A stretch of DNA of 64,000 nucleotides from Labrenzia sp. (GTDB taxonomy: Bacteria; Pseudomonadota; Alphaproteobacteria; Rhizobiales; Stappiaceae). A model generated the notes under the pieces. The model did not search any database, had not been told where the DNA came from, and saw only the letters and a list, made by a program, of their open reading frames with translations. This document shows, one piece after another, positions 23,917 through 35,025 of the stretch (positions are counted from its first letter, which is position 1; each line of letters starts with the position of its first letter). Where the stretch lies: assembly GCA_051805445.1 (NCBI GenBank), contig CP196552.1:4844408-4908407 (forward strand). Reading direction: 5' to 3'. The translations under genes were made by a program, and so were the position numbers.

Positions 23917-24297
23917 ATGGGCAAGCCGAAGCGTGAGCGGGTGCTCGCTGACAACGAAGCTCGGGCAATGACGCGGATGATCCGCGTCTCTCCCCGCAAG
24001 CTGAATCTCGTTGCTGCTGCTATCCGCGGTAAAAAAGTCGGTTCCGCAATCGCGGACCTGACATTCTCCCGCAAACGCATTGCGCAGGACGTCAAGAAAA
24101 CCTTGATGTCTGCGATTGCAAACGCGGAAAACAATCACGACCTGGACATCGACAACCTGGTGGTTGCCGAAGCTCACGTTGGCAAGGCTTTTGTCATCAA
24201 GCGCTTCCAGGCCCGTGCACGCGGACGGGTTGGCCGGATCGAGAAGCCGTTCTCGAACCTGACCATCGTTGTGCGCGAAGTTGAGGAGAGTGCCTGA
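23917..24297 (+). CDS. rplV: 50S ribosomal protein L22
   Basis: [41 protein letters not shown]. Confidence 0.96.
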   Translation: MGKPKRERVLADNEARAMTRMIRVSPRKLNLVAAAIRGKKVGSAIADLTFSRKRIAQDVKKTLMSAIANAENNHDLDIDNLVVAEAHVGKAFVIKRFQARARGRVGRIEKPFSNLTIVVREVEESA

Positions 24298-25025
24298 TGG
24301 GACACAAAGTTAACCCGATCGGCATGCGCCTCGGGATCAACCGCACCTGGGACTCCCGCTGGTACGCCAACAAAAACGAGTACGGTGATCTTCTGCACGA
24401 AGACTTCCGCATTCGTGAGTACCTGATGAAGGAACTCAAGCAGGCGGCGGTGTCCAAGGTAGTTATCGAGCGCCCGCACAAAAAGTGCCGTGTGTCCATT
24501 CACTCCGGTCGTCCGGGTGTGGTCATCGGTAAAAAAGGTGCGGACATCGAGCGTCTTCGCAAGAAGATTGCTGAAATCACCAACTCCGAAGTGCATCTCA
24601 ACATCGTTGAAGTGCGCAAGCCGGAAATCGACGCGACATTGGTTGCCGCTTCGATCGCTCAGCAGCTGGAACGCCGTGTTGCTTTCCGCCGCGCCATGAA
24701 ACGGGCTGTTCAGTCCGCCATGCGTCTGGGCGCACAGGGCATTCGGATCAACTGCGGCGGCCGTCTCGGCGGTGCGGAAATCGCGCGTATCGAATGGTAC
24801 CGTGAAGGCCGTGTGCCGCTTCACACTCTGCGTGCGGACATCGACTACGGTGTTGCAAGCGCACACACAGCTTACGGCGTGTGCGGTGTGAAGGTCTGGA
24901 TCTTCAAGGGTGAAATTCTGGAACATGACCCGATGGCGTCTGAACGCCGCGCGACGGCTGCTTCCGAAGGCAACCAGGGTGATCGCGGCGGACGCCGGGA
25001 TCGGGGCCGCGAGCGCGCAGCTTAA
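24297..25025 (+). CDS. rpsC: 30S ribosomal protein S3
   Basis: [24 protein letters not shown]. It has a 1-nt overlap (TGATG) with rplV. Confidence 0.97.
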   Translation: MGHKVNPIGMRLGINRTWDSRWYANKNEYGDLLHEDFRIREYLMKELKQAAVSKVVIERPHKKCRVSIHSGRPGVVIGKKGADIERLRKKIAEITNSEVHLNIVEVRKPEIDATLVAASIAQQLERRVAFRRAMKRAVQSAMRLGAQGIRINCGGRLGGAEIARIEWYREGRVPLHTLRADIDYGVASAHTAYGVCGVKVWIFKGEILEHDPMASERRATAASEGNQGDRGGRRDRGRERAA

Positions 25026-25072
25026 TTTAAGCTGCCTGCCGCTCGTAAGATAAGAAAGACGAGAGAAGAACG

Positions 25073-25486
25073 ATGCTGCAACCGAAGCGCACTAAGTTCC
25101 GCAAGCAGCACAAAGGCCGCATCCACGGCTTGTCGAAGGGGGGGACTGACCTCAACTTCGGCGCATTCGGTCTGAAGGCTCTGGAGCCGGAGCGGGTTAC
25201 CGCTCGTCAGATCGAAGCGGCCCGTCGTGCTATGACCCGTCACATGAAGCGTGCGGGTCGTGTTTGGATCCGCATCTTCCCGGATCTGCCAGTTTCCTCG
25301 AAACCGGCTGAAGTCCGCATGGGTAAAGGTAAAGGTTCTCCGGATTACTGGGCTTGCCGTGTCAAGCCGGGCCGGATCATGTTCGAAATTGACGGTGTGC
25401 CGGAAGACGTTGCTCGTGAAGCAATGCGTCTTGCCGCTGCCAAGCTGCCGATCAAGTGCCGTTTCGTTCAGCGTATCGGCGAATAA
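25073..25486 (+). CDS. rplP: 50S ribosomal protein L16
   Basis: [24 protein letters not shown]. Confidence 0.97.
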   Translation: MLQPKRTKFRKQHKGRIHGLSKGGTDLNFGAFGLKALEPERVTARQIEAARRAMTRHMKRAGRVWIRIFPDLPVSSKPAEVRMGKGKGSPDYWACRVKPGRIMFEIDGVPEDVAREAMRLAAAKLPIKCRFVQRIGE

Positions 25487-25507
25487 GGCAGGCCAGGAGA
25501 GACAGCC

Positions 25508-25708
25508 ATGAAGGCGACCGATGTACGGGCTAAGACCATCGACGAGCTCCGTTCAGAGCTTGAGGGCCTGAAGAAAGAGCAGTTCAACCTGCGCTTCCAG
25601 AAGGCTACGGGTCAGCTTGAAAACACTGCACGTGTCCGGCAAATCCGCCGTGATATCGCGCGTATCCAGACCATCATGCGCGAAAAGCGCGTGTCGGCGA
25701 CCGCATAA
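25508..25708 (+). CDS. rpmC: 50S ribosomal protein L29
   Basis: 66 aa, [31 protein letters not shown]. Confidence 0.95.
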   Translation: MKATDVRAKTIDELRSELEGLKKEQFNLRFQKATGQLENTARVRQIRRDIARIQTIMREKRVSATA

Positions 25709-25720
25709 GGAGACGGATCA

Positions 25721-25954
25721 ATGCCAAAGCGTATCCTGCAGGGCACCGTTGTCAGCGACGCCAATGACAAGACGGTGACGGTAAATGTGGAGCGCCGCTT
25801 CACACACCCGCTACTGAAAAAGACTGTGCGCCGGACTAAGAAGTACCGCGCACACGATGAAAGCAACCAATACAAGGTTGGCGACACAGTTCAGATTGAA
25901 GAGTGTGCGCCGATCTCGAAAAACAAACGTTGGACTGTGGTCACTACTCAGTGA
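25721..25954 (+). CDS. rpsQ: 30S ribosomal protein S17
   Basis: 77 aa, [34 protein letters not shown]. Confidence 0.95.
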   Translation: MPKRILQGTVVSDANDKTVTVNVERRFTHPLLKKTVRRTKKYRAHDESNQYKVGDTVQIEECAPISKNKRWTVVTTQ

Positions 25955-26024
25955 CCACGCTCCGTCAGGTGAGCATCAGGCGCCCGCGTAACGGTGCGCC
26001 GATAGAAGAACAAGGCAGCCAGTC

Positions 26025-26393
26025 ATGATTCAGATGCAAACAAACCTCGACGTCGCCGACAACTCCGGCGCCCGTCGTGTCATGTGCATCAAAGTGCTCG
26101 GCGGCTCCAAGCGTAAATATGCCCAGGTAGGCGACATCATCGTCGTCTCCGTCAAAGAGGCTATTCCGCGGGGCCGCGTTAAAAAGGGCGACGTGATGAA
26201 GGCTGTCGTCGTGCGCACGGCTAAGGATATCCGCCGTCCCGATGGCAGCGTGATCCGGTTCGACCGCAATGCGGCCGTGCTGGTGAATAACAACAAGGAG
26301 CCAGTCGGCACCCGTATCTTTGGTCCGGTGCCGCGTGAACTCCGCGCCAAGAACCATATGAAAATCATTTCGCTCGCGCCGGAGGTGCTCTGA
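26025..26393 (+). CDS. rplN: 50S ribosomal protein L14
   Basis: [28 protein letters not shown]. Confidence 0.97.
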   Translation: MIQMQTNLDVADNSGARRVMCIKVLGGSKRKYAQVGDIIVVSVKEAIPRGRVKKGDVMKAVVVRTAKDIRRPDGSVIRFDRNAAVLVNNNKEPVGTRIFGPVPRELRAKNHMKIISLAPEVL

Positions 26394-26710
26394 TGGCTGC
26401 GAAAATTAAAAAAGGCGACACGGTGGTCGTGCTGACCGGCCGTGACAAGGGCAAGTCTGGTGAAGTGATCCAGATGCTGCCGTCTGACAACAAGGCGCTG
26501 GTACGCGGCATCAACATGGTCCGCCGTCACCAGAAGCAGACCCAATCGCAGGAAGCTGGCATCGTGTCAAAAGAGGCACCGATCCACCTGTCGAACATCG
26601 CGCTGGCCGATCCGAAAGACGGCAAGGCGACCCGCGTCGGCTTCAAGGTGCAGGACGATGGTGCCAAGGTCCGTGTGGCCAAGCGTTCGGGAGACCTGAT
26701 CGATGGCTGA
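26393..26710 (+). CDS. rplX: 50S ribosomal protein L24
   Basis: [25 protein letters not shown]. It has a 1-nt overlap with rplN. Confidence 0.95.
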   Translation: MAAKIKKGDTVVVLTGRDKGKSGEVIQMLPSDNKALVRGINMVRRHQKQTQSQEAGIVSKEAPIHLSNIALADPKDGKATRVGFKVQDDGAKVRVAKRSGDLIDG

Positions 26711-27260
26711 GACCACTAACGTACCGCGTCTCAAGACGCATTATGACGAAGTCGTGCGCAAGCAGCTTCAGGAAAAGTTCCAGTACAAGAACCTTATGCA
26801 AGTTCCGCAGCTGGAAAAGATCGTCCTGAACATTGGCGTTGGCGAAGCCGTAGGCGACTCCAAAAAGGCGCGTACAGCAGCAGAAGACCTGGCAGCGATT
26901 GCCGGTCAGAAGCCGGTCATCACCAAAGCGAAGAAGTCCATCGCGACCTTTAAGGTTCGTGAAGGCATGCCGCTTGGTGTCAAGGTGACCCTGCGCCGCC
27001 AGCAGATGTTCGAGTTCCTGGACCGCATGATCACAATCGCGCTGCCGCGCGTTCGTGACTTCCGTGGTCTGAACCCGAAGAGCTTCGACGGTCGCGGCAA
27101 CTACGCTATGGGCATCAAAGAACACATCGTGTTCCCGGAAATCGAGTACGACAAAGTCGACCAGATCTGGGGCATGGACGTGATCGTCTGCACCACGGCG
27201 CCAAACGATGACGAGGCGCGCGAGCTTCTGCGTGCTTTCAACTTCCCGTTCACGAAATAA
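26703..27260 (+). CDS. rplE: 50S ribosomal protein L5
   Basis: 185 aa, [36 protein letters not shown]. It has an 8-nt overlap with rplX. Confidence 0.96.
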   Translation: MAETTNVPRLKTHYDEVVRKQLQEKFQYKNLMQVPQLEKIVLNIGVGEAVGDSKKARTAAEDLAAIAGQKPVITKAKKSIATFKVREGMPLGVKVTLRRQQMFEFLDRMITIALPRVRDFRGLNPKSFDGRGNYAMGIKEHIVFPEIEYDKVDQIWGMDVIVCTTAPNDDEARELLRAFNFPFTK

Positions 27261-27281
27261 CGGGCAAGGAAGGGAAACACG

Positions 27282-27587
27282 ATGGCGAAGAAAAGCGCAG
27301 TCGAGAAGAACAAGCGTCGCGAGAAGCTTGTCAAAAAGTATGCCGAGAAGCGTGCTGCTCTGAAAGCCATGGCCAAGGACGATACCTTGAGCCCTGAAGA
27401 GCAGTTCAATGCCCGCCTGAAGCTGGCCAAACTGCCGCGGAACTCCGCGCCGAACCGCGTTCGCAACCGTTGCGAAGTGTCCGGCCGTCCGCGCGGTTAT
27501 TACCGCAAGCTGAAGATGTCGCGTATCGCGCTTCGTGAACTGGGCTCCCTGGGTAAGATCCCGGGCCTGGTCAAGTCGAGCTGGTAA
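27282..27587 (+). CDS. rpsN: 30S ribosomal protein S14 (long, 101-aa type)
   Basis: [29 protein letters not shown] ... [18 protein letters not shown]. Confidence 0.96.
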   Translation: MAKKSAVEKNKRREKLVKKYAEKRAALKAMAKDDTLSPEEQFNARLKLAKLPRNSAPNRVRNRCEVSGRPRGYYRKLKMSRIALRELGSLGKIPGLVKSSW

Positions 27588-27599
27588 GGAGAAACTCCG

Positions 27600-27998
27600 A
27601 TGGCAATTTCTGATCCGTTGGGGGATATGCTGACCCGGATTCGCAACGCGCAGCTGCGTCGCAAAAACAAGGTCAGCTCACCAAATTCTAAATTGCGTGC
27701 ACACGTACTTGATGTGCTTGCAAAAGAAGGGTACATCCGTGGCTACACCACGGTTGAATACGAGGGCGGTAAGTCCGAGTTGGAAATCGAACTGAAGTAT
27801 TTCGACGGTGAGCCGGTGATCCGCACGATTGAGCGCGTATCCAAGCCGGGCCGCCGCGTTTACTCATCGGTGAAAAACATCCCGCATGTCTCTAATGGCC
27901 TGGGCGTGTCGATCATTTCGACCCCGCGCGGCGTCATGAGCGACCATCAGGCGCGGGACGAAAATGTAGGTGGCGAGGTTCTGTGTCGCGTCTTCTGA
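27600..27998 (+). CDS. rpsH: 30S ribosomal protein S8
   Basis: [22 protein letters not shown]. Confidence 0.96.
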   Translation: MAISDPLGDMLTRIRNAQLRRKNKVSSPNSKLRAHVLDVLAKEGYIRGYTTVEYEGGKSELEIELKYFDGEPVIRTIERVSKPGRRVYSSVKNIPHVSNGLGVSIISTPRGVMSDHQARDENVGGEVLCRVF

Positions 27999-28039
27999 CG
28001 CGGCATACTCGCTGTTAAAATAACGACAAGGTTGGTCAA

Positions 28040-28573
28040 ATGTCTCGTATTGGCAAAAAGCCAGTCCCCGTGCCAAGCGGGGTAACGGCATCGATCGACG
28101 GTCAGACAGTTACGATCAAGGGCCCGAAAGGCGAAAAGTCTTTCATGCTCAATGAACTCGTTCTGGCCGAAATGACTGATGACGGGATCAAAATCGATCC
28201 GCGCAACGACTCCAAGCCGGCTCGCTCCATGTGGGGTATGAGCCGCACCATGGTTCAGAACCTGATCACCGGCGTGACCGATGGCTTCAAGAAAGACCTC
28301 GCGATCACTGGTGTTGGTTACCGTGCACAGGTCCAGGGTCAAAACCTTCAGCTGGCACTCGGCTTCTCACATGATGTGATCTATGCGATCCCGGAAGGTA
28401 TCGAGATCAAATGTGCGAAACCGACGGAAATCAGCGTTTCTGGCACCGACAAACAACGTGTCGGCCAGGTCGCAGCTGAAATCCGCGAATTCCGCCCGCC
28501 GGAGCCGTACAAAGGCAAAGGCGTTCGTTATGCAGACGAGTTCATCGTCCGCAAAGAAGGCAAGAAGAAGTAA
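28040..28573 (+). CDS. rplF: 50S ribosomal protein L6
   Basis: [31 protein letters not shown]. Confidence 0.96.
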   Translation: MSRIGKKPVPVPSGVTASIDGQTVTIKGPKGEKSFMLNELVLAEMTDDGIKIDPRNDSKPARSMWGMSRTMVQNLITGVTDGFKKDLAITGVGYRAQVQGQNLQLALGFSHDVIYAIPEGIEIKCAKPTEISVSGTDKQRVGQVAAEIREFRPPEPYKGKGVRYADEFIVRKEGKKK

Positions 28574-28585
28574 CGGACCGAGATC

Positions 28586-28948
28586 ATGGCGAACAGCAAA
28601 CAAGCTTTCGAACGCCGCCGCGATCGCGTGCGCCGTTCAGTCAAGAAAGCCGCGAACGGTCGTCCGCGCCTTTCTATCTTCCGCTCGTCGAAGCAGATCT
28701 ATGCCCAGATCATCGACGATGCGCAGGGACATACAATTGTCTCCGCTTCCACGATCGAAAAAGATCTGAAGGGCGGCCTGAAAACGGGCGCCGACGTGTC
28801 TGCAGCCGCAGCCGTTGGCAAGCTTGTCGCCGAGCGTGCAGCTGCCGCAGGTGTCAAGCAGGTCGTGTTCGACCGGGGCGGTTACCAGTATCATGGGCGT
28901 GTCAAAGCGCTCGCCGATGCTGCCCGCGAAGGTGGACTTGAATTCTGA
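28586..28948 (+). CDS. rplR: 50S ribosomal protein L18
   Basis: [31 protein letters not shown] ... [17 protein letters not shown]. Confidence 0.96.
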   Translation: MANSKQAFERRRDRVRRSVKKAANGRPRLSIFRSSKQIYAQIIDDAQGHTIVSASTIEKDLKGGLKTGADVSAAAAVGKLVAERAAAAGVKQVVFDRGGYQYHGRVKALADAAREGGLEF

Positions 28949-28989
28949 CCAGCGCCCGTTGGCGCTCCTAAGTACGGAAGACGTATAAT

Positions 28990-29556
28990 ATGGCGAGACA
29001 AGAAAATCGCGAGCGCGAAGAGCGCGACAGCGAATTCGTCGACAAGCTCGTACACATCAACCGCGTTGCCAAAGTGGTCAAGGGTGGCCGCCGTTTCGGT
29101 TTCGCAGCCCTCGTCGTGGTTGGTGATCAAAAGGGCCGTGTCGGCTTCGGTCATGGTAAGGCACGCGAAGTGCCGGAAGCCATCCGGAAGGCAACTGAAG
29201 CTGCAAAGCGCACGATGATCCGTGTGCCGCTGCGTGAAGGCCGGACTCTCCACCACGATGTGGAAGGCCGTCACGGCGCTGGTAAGGTCCTGCTGCGCGC
29301 AGCACCGGCCGGTACCGGTATCATCGCAGGTGGTCCGATGCGTGCGGTCTTTGAAACGCTTGGCGTTCAGGACGTTGTGGCGAAGTCTTTGGGGACATCC
29401 AACCCTTACAACATGGTACGTGCGACCTTTAACGCGCTGACCAAGGAAGACAGCCCGCGCTCCGTCGCTGCCCGCCGTGGCCTCAAGGTCTCTGTGTTGC
29501 AGTCCCGGCGCCGTGACAACAACGATGAGGCGGCTTCGGCTGCCGCTGAGGCTTGA
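28990..29556 (+). CDS. rpsE: 30S ribosomal protein S5
   Basis: [43 protein letters not shown]. Confidence 0.96.
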   Translation: MARQENREREERDSEFVDKLVHINRVAKVVKGGRRFGFAALVVVGDQKGRVGFGHGKAREVPEAIRKATEAAKRTMIRVPLREGRTLHHDVEGRHGAGKVLLRAAPAGTGIIAGGPMRAVFETLGVQDVVAKSLGTSNPYNMVRATFNALTKEDSPRSVAARRGLKVSVLQSRRRDNNDEAASAAAEA

Positions 29557-29597
29557 CCTTAGCGGCGCCAGCCACCAGCTGAATGAGGGGTAGTTCC

Positions 29598-29792
29598 ATG
29601 GCGAACACCGAAAAGACTGTTACGGTCGAACAGATCGGCAGCCCGCTGCGCCGTCCGAAGGACCAGCGCGCGACGCTCGTCGGTCTTGGCCTGAACAAGA
29701 TGCACCGCCGTTCCACACTGAAGGACACACCTGAAGTGCGCGGCATGATCAATAAGGTCCAGCATCTCGTTCGCGTCGTCGAAGACGCGTAA
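29598..29792 (+). CDS. rpmD: 50S ribosomal protein L30
   Basis: 64 aa starting at the ATG at 29598: [34 protein letters not shown]. Confidence 0.94.
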   Translation: MANTEKTVTVEQIGSPLRRPKDQRATLVGLGLNKMHRRSTLKDTPEVRGMINKVQHLVRVVEDA

Positions 29793-29814
29793 GGACGGGG
29801 TGAGGAGAAAAGAC

Positions 29815-30282
29815 ATGAAGCTCAACGAACTTCGTGACAACGATGGTGCCTCTTCCGAGCGCACACGCGTTGGCCGCGGTATCGGGTCTGGCAAGGGCAA
29901 GACCGGTGGCCGTGGTGTAAAAGGTCAGAAGTCCCGTTCTGGCGTGGCGATCAAGGGTTTTGAAGGCGGTCAGATGCCGCTTCACCGCCGCCTGCCGAAG
30001 CGCGGCTTCACGAACATCTTTGCCAAGGACTTCAACACAGTGTCCATTGGCCGTGTTCAACAAGCGATTGATGCCGGCAAGCTGAACGCGTCTGAGGCGG
30101 TTACCGTCGATGCGCTCAAGGCAGCTGGTGTTGTCAAGCGGGTCCGCGATGGCGTACGCCTCGTTGCTTCCGGTGAACTCACCGCGGCAGTGACCTTTGA
30201 AGTTGCCGGTGCCTCCAAGGGCGCTGTTGCAGCGATCGAAAAAGCGGGCGGCAAGGTCGCCGTTCTGGGAGCTCAGGCTTAA
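29815..30282 (+). CDS. rplO: 50S ribosomal protein L15
   Basis: The ATG at 29815 follows [49 protein letters not shown]. Confidence 0.95.
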   Translation: MKLNELRDNDGASSERTRVGRGIGSGKGKTGGRGVKGQKSRSGVAIKGFEGGQMPLHRRLPKRGFTNIFAKDFNTVSIGRVQQAIDAGKLNASEAVTVDALKAAGVVKRVRDGVRLVASGELTAAVTFEVAGASKGAVAAIEKAGGKVAVLGAQA

Positions 30283-30331
30283 CAGCCTGGGCTTTTCCCA
30301 TTTGTCAGCAAGCATCTGACCGGAGTAGGGC

Positions 30332-31663
30332 ATGGCATCGGCCGCCGAGCAACTGGCGTCAAATCTAAACTTCTCAGCTTTCGCCAAGGCTGAAGAACTC
30401 AAAAAGCGCATCTGGTTCACGCTGGGGGCGCTTTTGGTTTATCGACTGGGCACTTACATTCCGATGCCCGGCATCAACCCGGAAGCCTTCGCGCAGGCCT
30501 TTAACCAGGCTCAGTCCGGTATCATTGGCATGTTCAACATGTTCGCCGGCGGTGCCGTCGAGCGCATGGCGATCTTCGCCCTCGGCATTATGCCGTACAT
30601 CTCCGCTTCCATTATCATGCAGCTCATGACGACGGTTGTTCCGTCTCTTGAGCAGCTGAAAAAGGAAGGCGAGCAGGGCCGCAAGGTTATCAACCAGTAC
30701 ACTCGGTACGGAACCGTTGTTTTGGCGGCATTCCAGGCCTACGGCATCGCCGTTGGTCTTGAGGGCGCCACCAATGTTGTGACCGATCCGGGCTGGTTCT
30801 TCCGTGCGTCGACCGTAATCACGCTTGTTGGCGGCACCATGTTCCTGATGTGGCTGGGTGAACAGATCACCTCGCGCGGCATTGGTAACGGTATTTCGCT
30901 GATTATCTTTGCGGGCATTGTCGCAGGACTGCCGTCCGCGATCGTGCAGACGCTCGAGCTGGGCCGTCAGGGATCACTGGCAACCGGTATCATCCTGGCA
31001 GTCATCCTCCTTGCCATTGTCGTGATCGCGTTCATCGTGTTCATGGAGCGCGCGCAGCGCCGTCTTCTGATCCAGTATCCGAAGCGCCAGATGGGGAACC
31101 GCATGTTCGAGGGCAACACCTCGTTCCTGCCGCTCAAGCTGAACACAGCTGGTGTTATCCCGCCGATCTTTGCATCGTCACTGCTTTTGGTTCCGGCCAC
31201 GATTTCCGGCTTTAATGCGGGTGGCGGCAATGAATGGCTGACAACGATCACGGCTCTGCTCGGACATGGACAGCCATTGTTCATGGTCTTCTACGCAGCC
31301 ATGATCATTTTCTTCTGTTTCTTCTATACAGCGATTGTCTTCAATCCGAGCGACACTGCTGACAATCTGAAGAAACACGGTGGCTTCATTCCAGGCATTC
31401 GTCCAGGTGAGCGCACTGCCCAATACATCGACTTCGTGTTGACCCGGATTACGGTCGTTGGTGCGATTTACATCACCATCGTTTGTCTATTACCCGAATT
31501 CCTCATTTCGGCGACTGGCGTTCCGTTCTATTTCGGTGGAACATCCTTGTTGATTGTCGTGAGCGTGACAATGGATACCGTATCGCAGATCCAGGGTCAT
31601 TTGCTGGCGCATCAATATGAGGGGCTGGTGAAGAAATCGAAACTTAGGGGGAAACGTCGATGA
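30332..31663 (+). CDS. secY: Preprotein translocase subunit SecY
   Basis: 443 aa and polytopic. [27 protein letters not shown], in the spc-operon position. Confidence 0.97.
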   Translation: MASAAEQLASNLNFSAFAKAEELKKRIWFTLGALLVYRLGTYIPMPGINPEAFAQAFNQAQSGIIGMFNMFAGGAVERMAIFALGIMPYISASIIMQLMTTVVPSLEQLKKEGEQGRKVINQYTRYGTVVLAAFQAYGIAVGLEGATNVVTDPGWFFRASTVITLVGGTMFLMWLGEQITSRGIGNGISLIIFAGIVAGLPSAIVQTLELGRQGSLATGIILAVILLAIVVIAFIVFMERAQRRLLIQYPKRQMGNRMFEGNTSFLPLKLNTAGVIPPIFASSLLLVPATISGFNAGGGNEWLTTITALLGHGQPLFMVFYAAMIIFFCFFYTAIVFNPSDTADNLKKHGGFIPGIRPGERTAQYIDFVLTRITVVGAIYITIVCLLPEFLISATGVPFYFGGTSLLIVVSVTMDTVSQIQGHLLAHQYEGLVKKSKLRGKRR

Positions 31664-32256
31664 GGCTCATTCTGGTTGGACCGCCAGGAGCGGGGAAGGG
31701 GACACAAGCCGCAAGGCTGGTTGAGAAATATGGTATTCCTCAACTCTCCACTGGAGACATGCTGCGTGCAGCTGTCGCCGCGGAGACCCCGGTCGGACTA
31801 CAAGCCAAGGCTGTCATGGACGCCGGAGGCCTTGTGTCAGACGAAATCGTTGTCGGCATCATCCGGGACCGGATCGCAGAGGACGACGCCAAGAAGGGAT
31901 TTATCCTGGACGGCTTCCCGCGCACGTTGGCCCAAGCAGAAGCACTCGACGACATGCTGAGTGAAAACAGCCTGAAGCTGAACGCCGTGATTGAGCTTCG
32001 CGTTGATCAGACCAAACTGGTCGGCCGGATAATCAACCGGGCGGAAGAAGCCAAGGCTGCCGGGCAGCCGGTTCGCAAGGATGACGACCCAGAAGTCTTC
32101 AAGGATCGTCTCGATGCTTACAACCGGGATACAGCGGTCGTTGTTCCCTACTACGAGAAAACAGGTCTCCTGTCCGTCATTGATGGCATGCAGGCAATCG
32201 ATGACGTAACGGCTTCTATCGAATCCGTACTTCAGGGACTTGACGAGAAGGTTTAG
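31660..32256 (+). CDS. adk: Adenylate kinase
   Basis: [36 protein letters not shown]. It has a 4-nt overlap with secY. Confidence 0.96.
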   Translation: MRLILVGPPGAGKGTQAARLVEKYGIPQLSTGDMLRAAVAAETPVGLQAKAVMDAGGLVSDEIVVGIIRDRIAEDDAKKGFILDGFPRTLAQAEALDDMLSENSLKLNAVIELRVDQTKLVGRIINRAEEAKAAGQPVRKDDDPEVFKDRLDAYNRDTAVVVPYYEKTGLLSVIDGMQAIDDVTASIESVLQGLDEKV

Positions 32257-32435
32257 AGCGGCTACACGACGCGCTCACCTTACAGTTGAGCCGGTTCCAT
32301 GCACATGGGACCGGCATTCTCTGTGCCGGGTTTGCCCGGCATATTCGTACCCTGCAAGGGCCGGACTCCACCGGACGCGGGGCTTTTTGAAACGCGGTCA
32401 GGCGCAAGCATTGGCCGCAAGACATGGAGACCAAC

Positions 32436-32804
32436 GTGGCACGTATTGCTGGCGTTAACATCCCGACGAACAAGCGCGTTGTCATCGCGCTTCAATACAT
32501 TCACGGCATTGGCGCGAAATTCGCCCAGGAAATCGTCGAAAAGAACAGCATCGACGCTGCCCGCCGTGTGAACGAGCTTTCCGACGCAGAAGTCCTGCAG
32601 ATCCGTGAAACCATCGACCGTGATTATATGGTTGAAGGTGATTTGCGACGTGAGACTGCTATGAACATCAAGCGTCTGATGGACCTTGGCTGCTACCGCG
32701 GCCTGCGTCACCGCCGCGGCCTCCCGGTTCGTGGTCAGCGGACGCACACGAACGCACGTACCCGTAAGGGTCCGGCGAAACCGATCGCAGGTAAGAAGAA
32801 ATAA
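32436..32804 (+). CDS. rpsM: 30S ribosomal protein S13
   Basis: The GTG at 32436, preceded by GGAGA, gives the canonical (M)[25 protein letters not shown] and a 122-aa protein. The ORF-track ATG at 32424 would add 4 non-conserved residues. Confidence 0.93.
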   Translation: MARIAGVNIPTNKRVVIALQYIHGIGAKFAQEIVEKNSIDAARRVNELSDAEVLQIRETIDRDYMVEGDLRRETAMNIKRLMDLGCYRGLRHRRGLPVRGQRTHTNARTRKGPAKPIAGKKK

Positions 32805-32874
32805 GATCGCTTTGCGATTGGTGGTGGAGCTGCCGGGATTACGGCAGTGACGAGATCAATACAAGGACAACAGA

Positions 32875-33264
32875 ATGGCTAAAGACACGACGCGCGTGCG
32901 TCGCCGCGAGCGCAAGAACATCTCTTCTGGCGTTGCGCATGTGAATTCCACATTCAACAACACGATGATCACGATCACGGATGCTCAAGGCAATACGATT
33001 TCCTGGTCTTCCGCTGGTGCACTCGGCTTCAAGGGCTCCCGTAAGTCCACGCCGTATGCCGCTCAGGTTGCTGCTGAAGATGCTGCGAAGAAAGCAGCTG
33101 AACACGGCATGCGCACCCTGGAAGTAGAAGTCCGTGGTCCTGGTTCTGGTCGTGAATCTGCTCTGCGTGCGCTGCAAGCTGCCGGTTTCCTCATCACGTC
33201 CATCCGTGACGTGACGCCGATCCCGCACAACGGCTGCCGTCCGCGCAAGCGCCGCCGCGTCTAA
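32875..33264 (+). CDS. rpsK: 30S ribosomal protein S11
   Basis: [30 protein letters not shown]. Confidence 0.96.
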   Translation: MAKDTTRVRRRERKNISSGVAHVNSTFNNTMITITDAQGNTISWSSAGALGFKGSRKSTPYAAQVAAEDAAKKAAEHGMRTLEVEVRGPGSGRESALRALQAAGFLITSIRDVTPIPHNGCRPRKRRRV

Positions 33265-33356
33265 GGCTTTCCAGCTTTAGGTACTTGTTTCTCCAAATGG
33301 CAAAGAATTGCCCGGCATTGAATTGACCCGGGCGGGATAGCCGAAGGGACGAATAC

Positions 33357-34379
33357 GTGACCATTCAAAAAAACTGGCAAGAACTGATCAAGCCGACCAA
33401 ACTCGAGATCAAGCCGGGCGATGACCCGCGCTTCTTGGCGACCGTTGTTGCCGAGCCTCTCGAGCGTGGTTATGGCCTGACCTTGGGCAACGCGTTGCGC
33501 CGCATCCTGCTGTCTTCTCTCCAGGGTGCTGCTGTTACCGCCGTACAGATTGACGGCGTTCTTCATGAGTTCTCCTCGATCCCCGGCGTTCGTGAAGATG
33601 TCACCGACATCGTTCTCAACATCAAGGAAATCGCCATCCGTATGGAAGGTGAAGGCCCCAAGCGCATGGTTGTGCGTAAGCAGGGACCTGGTGTTGTGAC
33701 CGCAGGCGACATCCAGACCGTTGGCGACGTGGAAGTGCTCAATCCGGACCTGGTGCTCTGCACCCTGGATGAAGGCGCTGAAATCCGCATGGAGTTCACT
33801 GTTAACACGGGCAAGGGCTATCATTCGTCTGACCGGAACCGTCCGGAAGACGCGCCGATTGGCCTGATTCCTGTCGACAGCCTCTACTCTCCGGTCAAGA
33901 AGGTTTCTTACAAGGTGGAAAACACCCGTGAGGGCCAGGTTCTTGACTATGACAAGCTGACCCTGACTGTTGAAACCGACGGTTCCGTCAAGCCGGATGA
34001 TGCAGTGGCATTTGCCGCTCGCATTCTGCAGGATCAGCTTTCCATCTTCGTCAATTTCGAAGAGCCGCAGCGCGAAGTCGCCGAGGACACCGTCCCGGAA
34101 CTTGCGTTCAATCCTGCGCTTTTGAAGAAAGTCGACGAGCTGGAATTGTCTGTCCGGTCTGCAAACTGCCTGAAGAACGACAATATCGTGTATATTGGCG
34201 ATCTCATTCAGAAGACCGAAGCGGAAATGCTGCGGACCCCGAATTTCGGCCGCAAGTCGCTCAACGAGATCAAGGAAGTTCTTGCCCAGATGGGTCTCCA
34301 TCTTGGCATGGAAGTGGCCAACTGGCCGCCTGAGAACATCGACGATCTCGCCAAGCGCTACGAAGATCATCAGTATTAA
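33357..34379 (+). CDS. rpoA: DNA-directed RNA polymerase subunit alpha
   Basis: 340 aa with a GTG start. (M)[16 protein letters not shown], plus a C-terminal domain [24 protein letters not shown]. Confidence 0.96.
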   Translation: MTIQKNWQELIKPTKLEIKPGDDPRFLATVVAEPLERGYGLTLGNALRRILLSSLQGAAVTAVQIDGVLHEFSSIPGVREDVTDIVLNIKEIAIRMEGEGPKRMVVRKQGPGVVTAGDIQTVGDVEVLNPDLVLCTLDEGAEIRMEFTVNTGKGYHSSDRNRPEDAPIGLIPVDSLYSPVKKVSYKVENTREGQVLDYDKLTLTVETDGSVKPDDAVAFAARILQDQLSIFVNFEEPQREVAEDTVPELAFNPALLKKVDELELSVRSANCLKNDNIVYIGDLIQKTEAEMLRTPNFGRKSLNEIKEVLAQMGLHLGMEVANWPPENIDDLAKRYEDHQY

Positions 34380-34461
34380 GGGCGTACGCGTCCTAACGGA
34401 GCAACCGGGCAAGCGCTCAACACACAAAGAGCGGACTGCCTGAAAGACAAAGGAGAGGGCC

Positions 34462-34887
34462 ATGCGCCACGGTAAATCCGGCCGCAAGCTCAACCGGACC
34501 GCTAGCCACCGCAAGGCTATGTTCGCAAACATGGCAGCGTCGCTGATCAAGCACGAACAGATCGTCACGACCCTGCCGAAGGCTAAAGAAATGAAGCCGA
34601 TCATCGACAAGCTCATCACTTTGGGCAAGCGCGGTGATCTTCACGCACGCCGCCAGGCAATCTCGCAGATTCGCGACGTTGCCATGGTCAAGAAGCTGTT
34701 TAACACGCTTGGTGATCGCTACAAGGACCGCGAAGGCGGTTACTCCCGCGTTCTGAAAGCTGGTTTCCGCTATGGCGATAACGCTCCGATGGCTGTCATC
34801 GAGCTGGTCGACCGGGATCTGGAAGCACGCGGTGCAGACGACCGGGCACGCGTTGAAGCTGAAGAAGCGGCTGAAAACGCAGCGTAA
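34462..34887 (+). CDS. rplQ: 50S ribosomal protein L17
   Basis: [43 protein letters not shown]. Confidence 0.96.
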   Translation: MRHGKSGRKLNRTASHRKAMFANMAASLIKHEQIVTTLPKAKEMKPIIDKLITLGKRGDLHARRQAISQIRDVAMVKKLFNTLGDRYKDREGGYSRVLKAGFRYGDNAPMAVIELVDRDLEARGADDRARVEAEEAAENAA

Positions 34888-34908
34888 GTCGAGCGTATGA
34901 CGTCCACG

Positions 34909-34940
34909 AAAAGGCAGGCCTTCGGGTCTGCCTTTTTTGT
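34909..34940 (+). terminator. Rho-independent terminator ending the alpha operon
   Basis: AAAGGCAGGCC-TTCG-GGTCTGCCTTTTTTG. Confidence 0.75.
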
Positions 34941-35025
34941 TTCAAAGGGCTTAATCAAGGTCGCAAGCGGAATTGTAACGCGCGAATTATCAATACTTTA
35001 ACGGTCGTTGGGTAGTTTTTCCAAT

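Noticed and set aside
32240-32747. ORFs lie in and around the adk-rpsM spacer and antisense to rpsM.
   Set aside because: They have no SD sequence and no motifs. The spacer is more likely the alpha-operon promoter and leader. The rpsM-antisense frame is a GC-rich mirror ORF.
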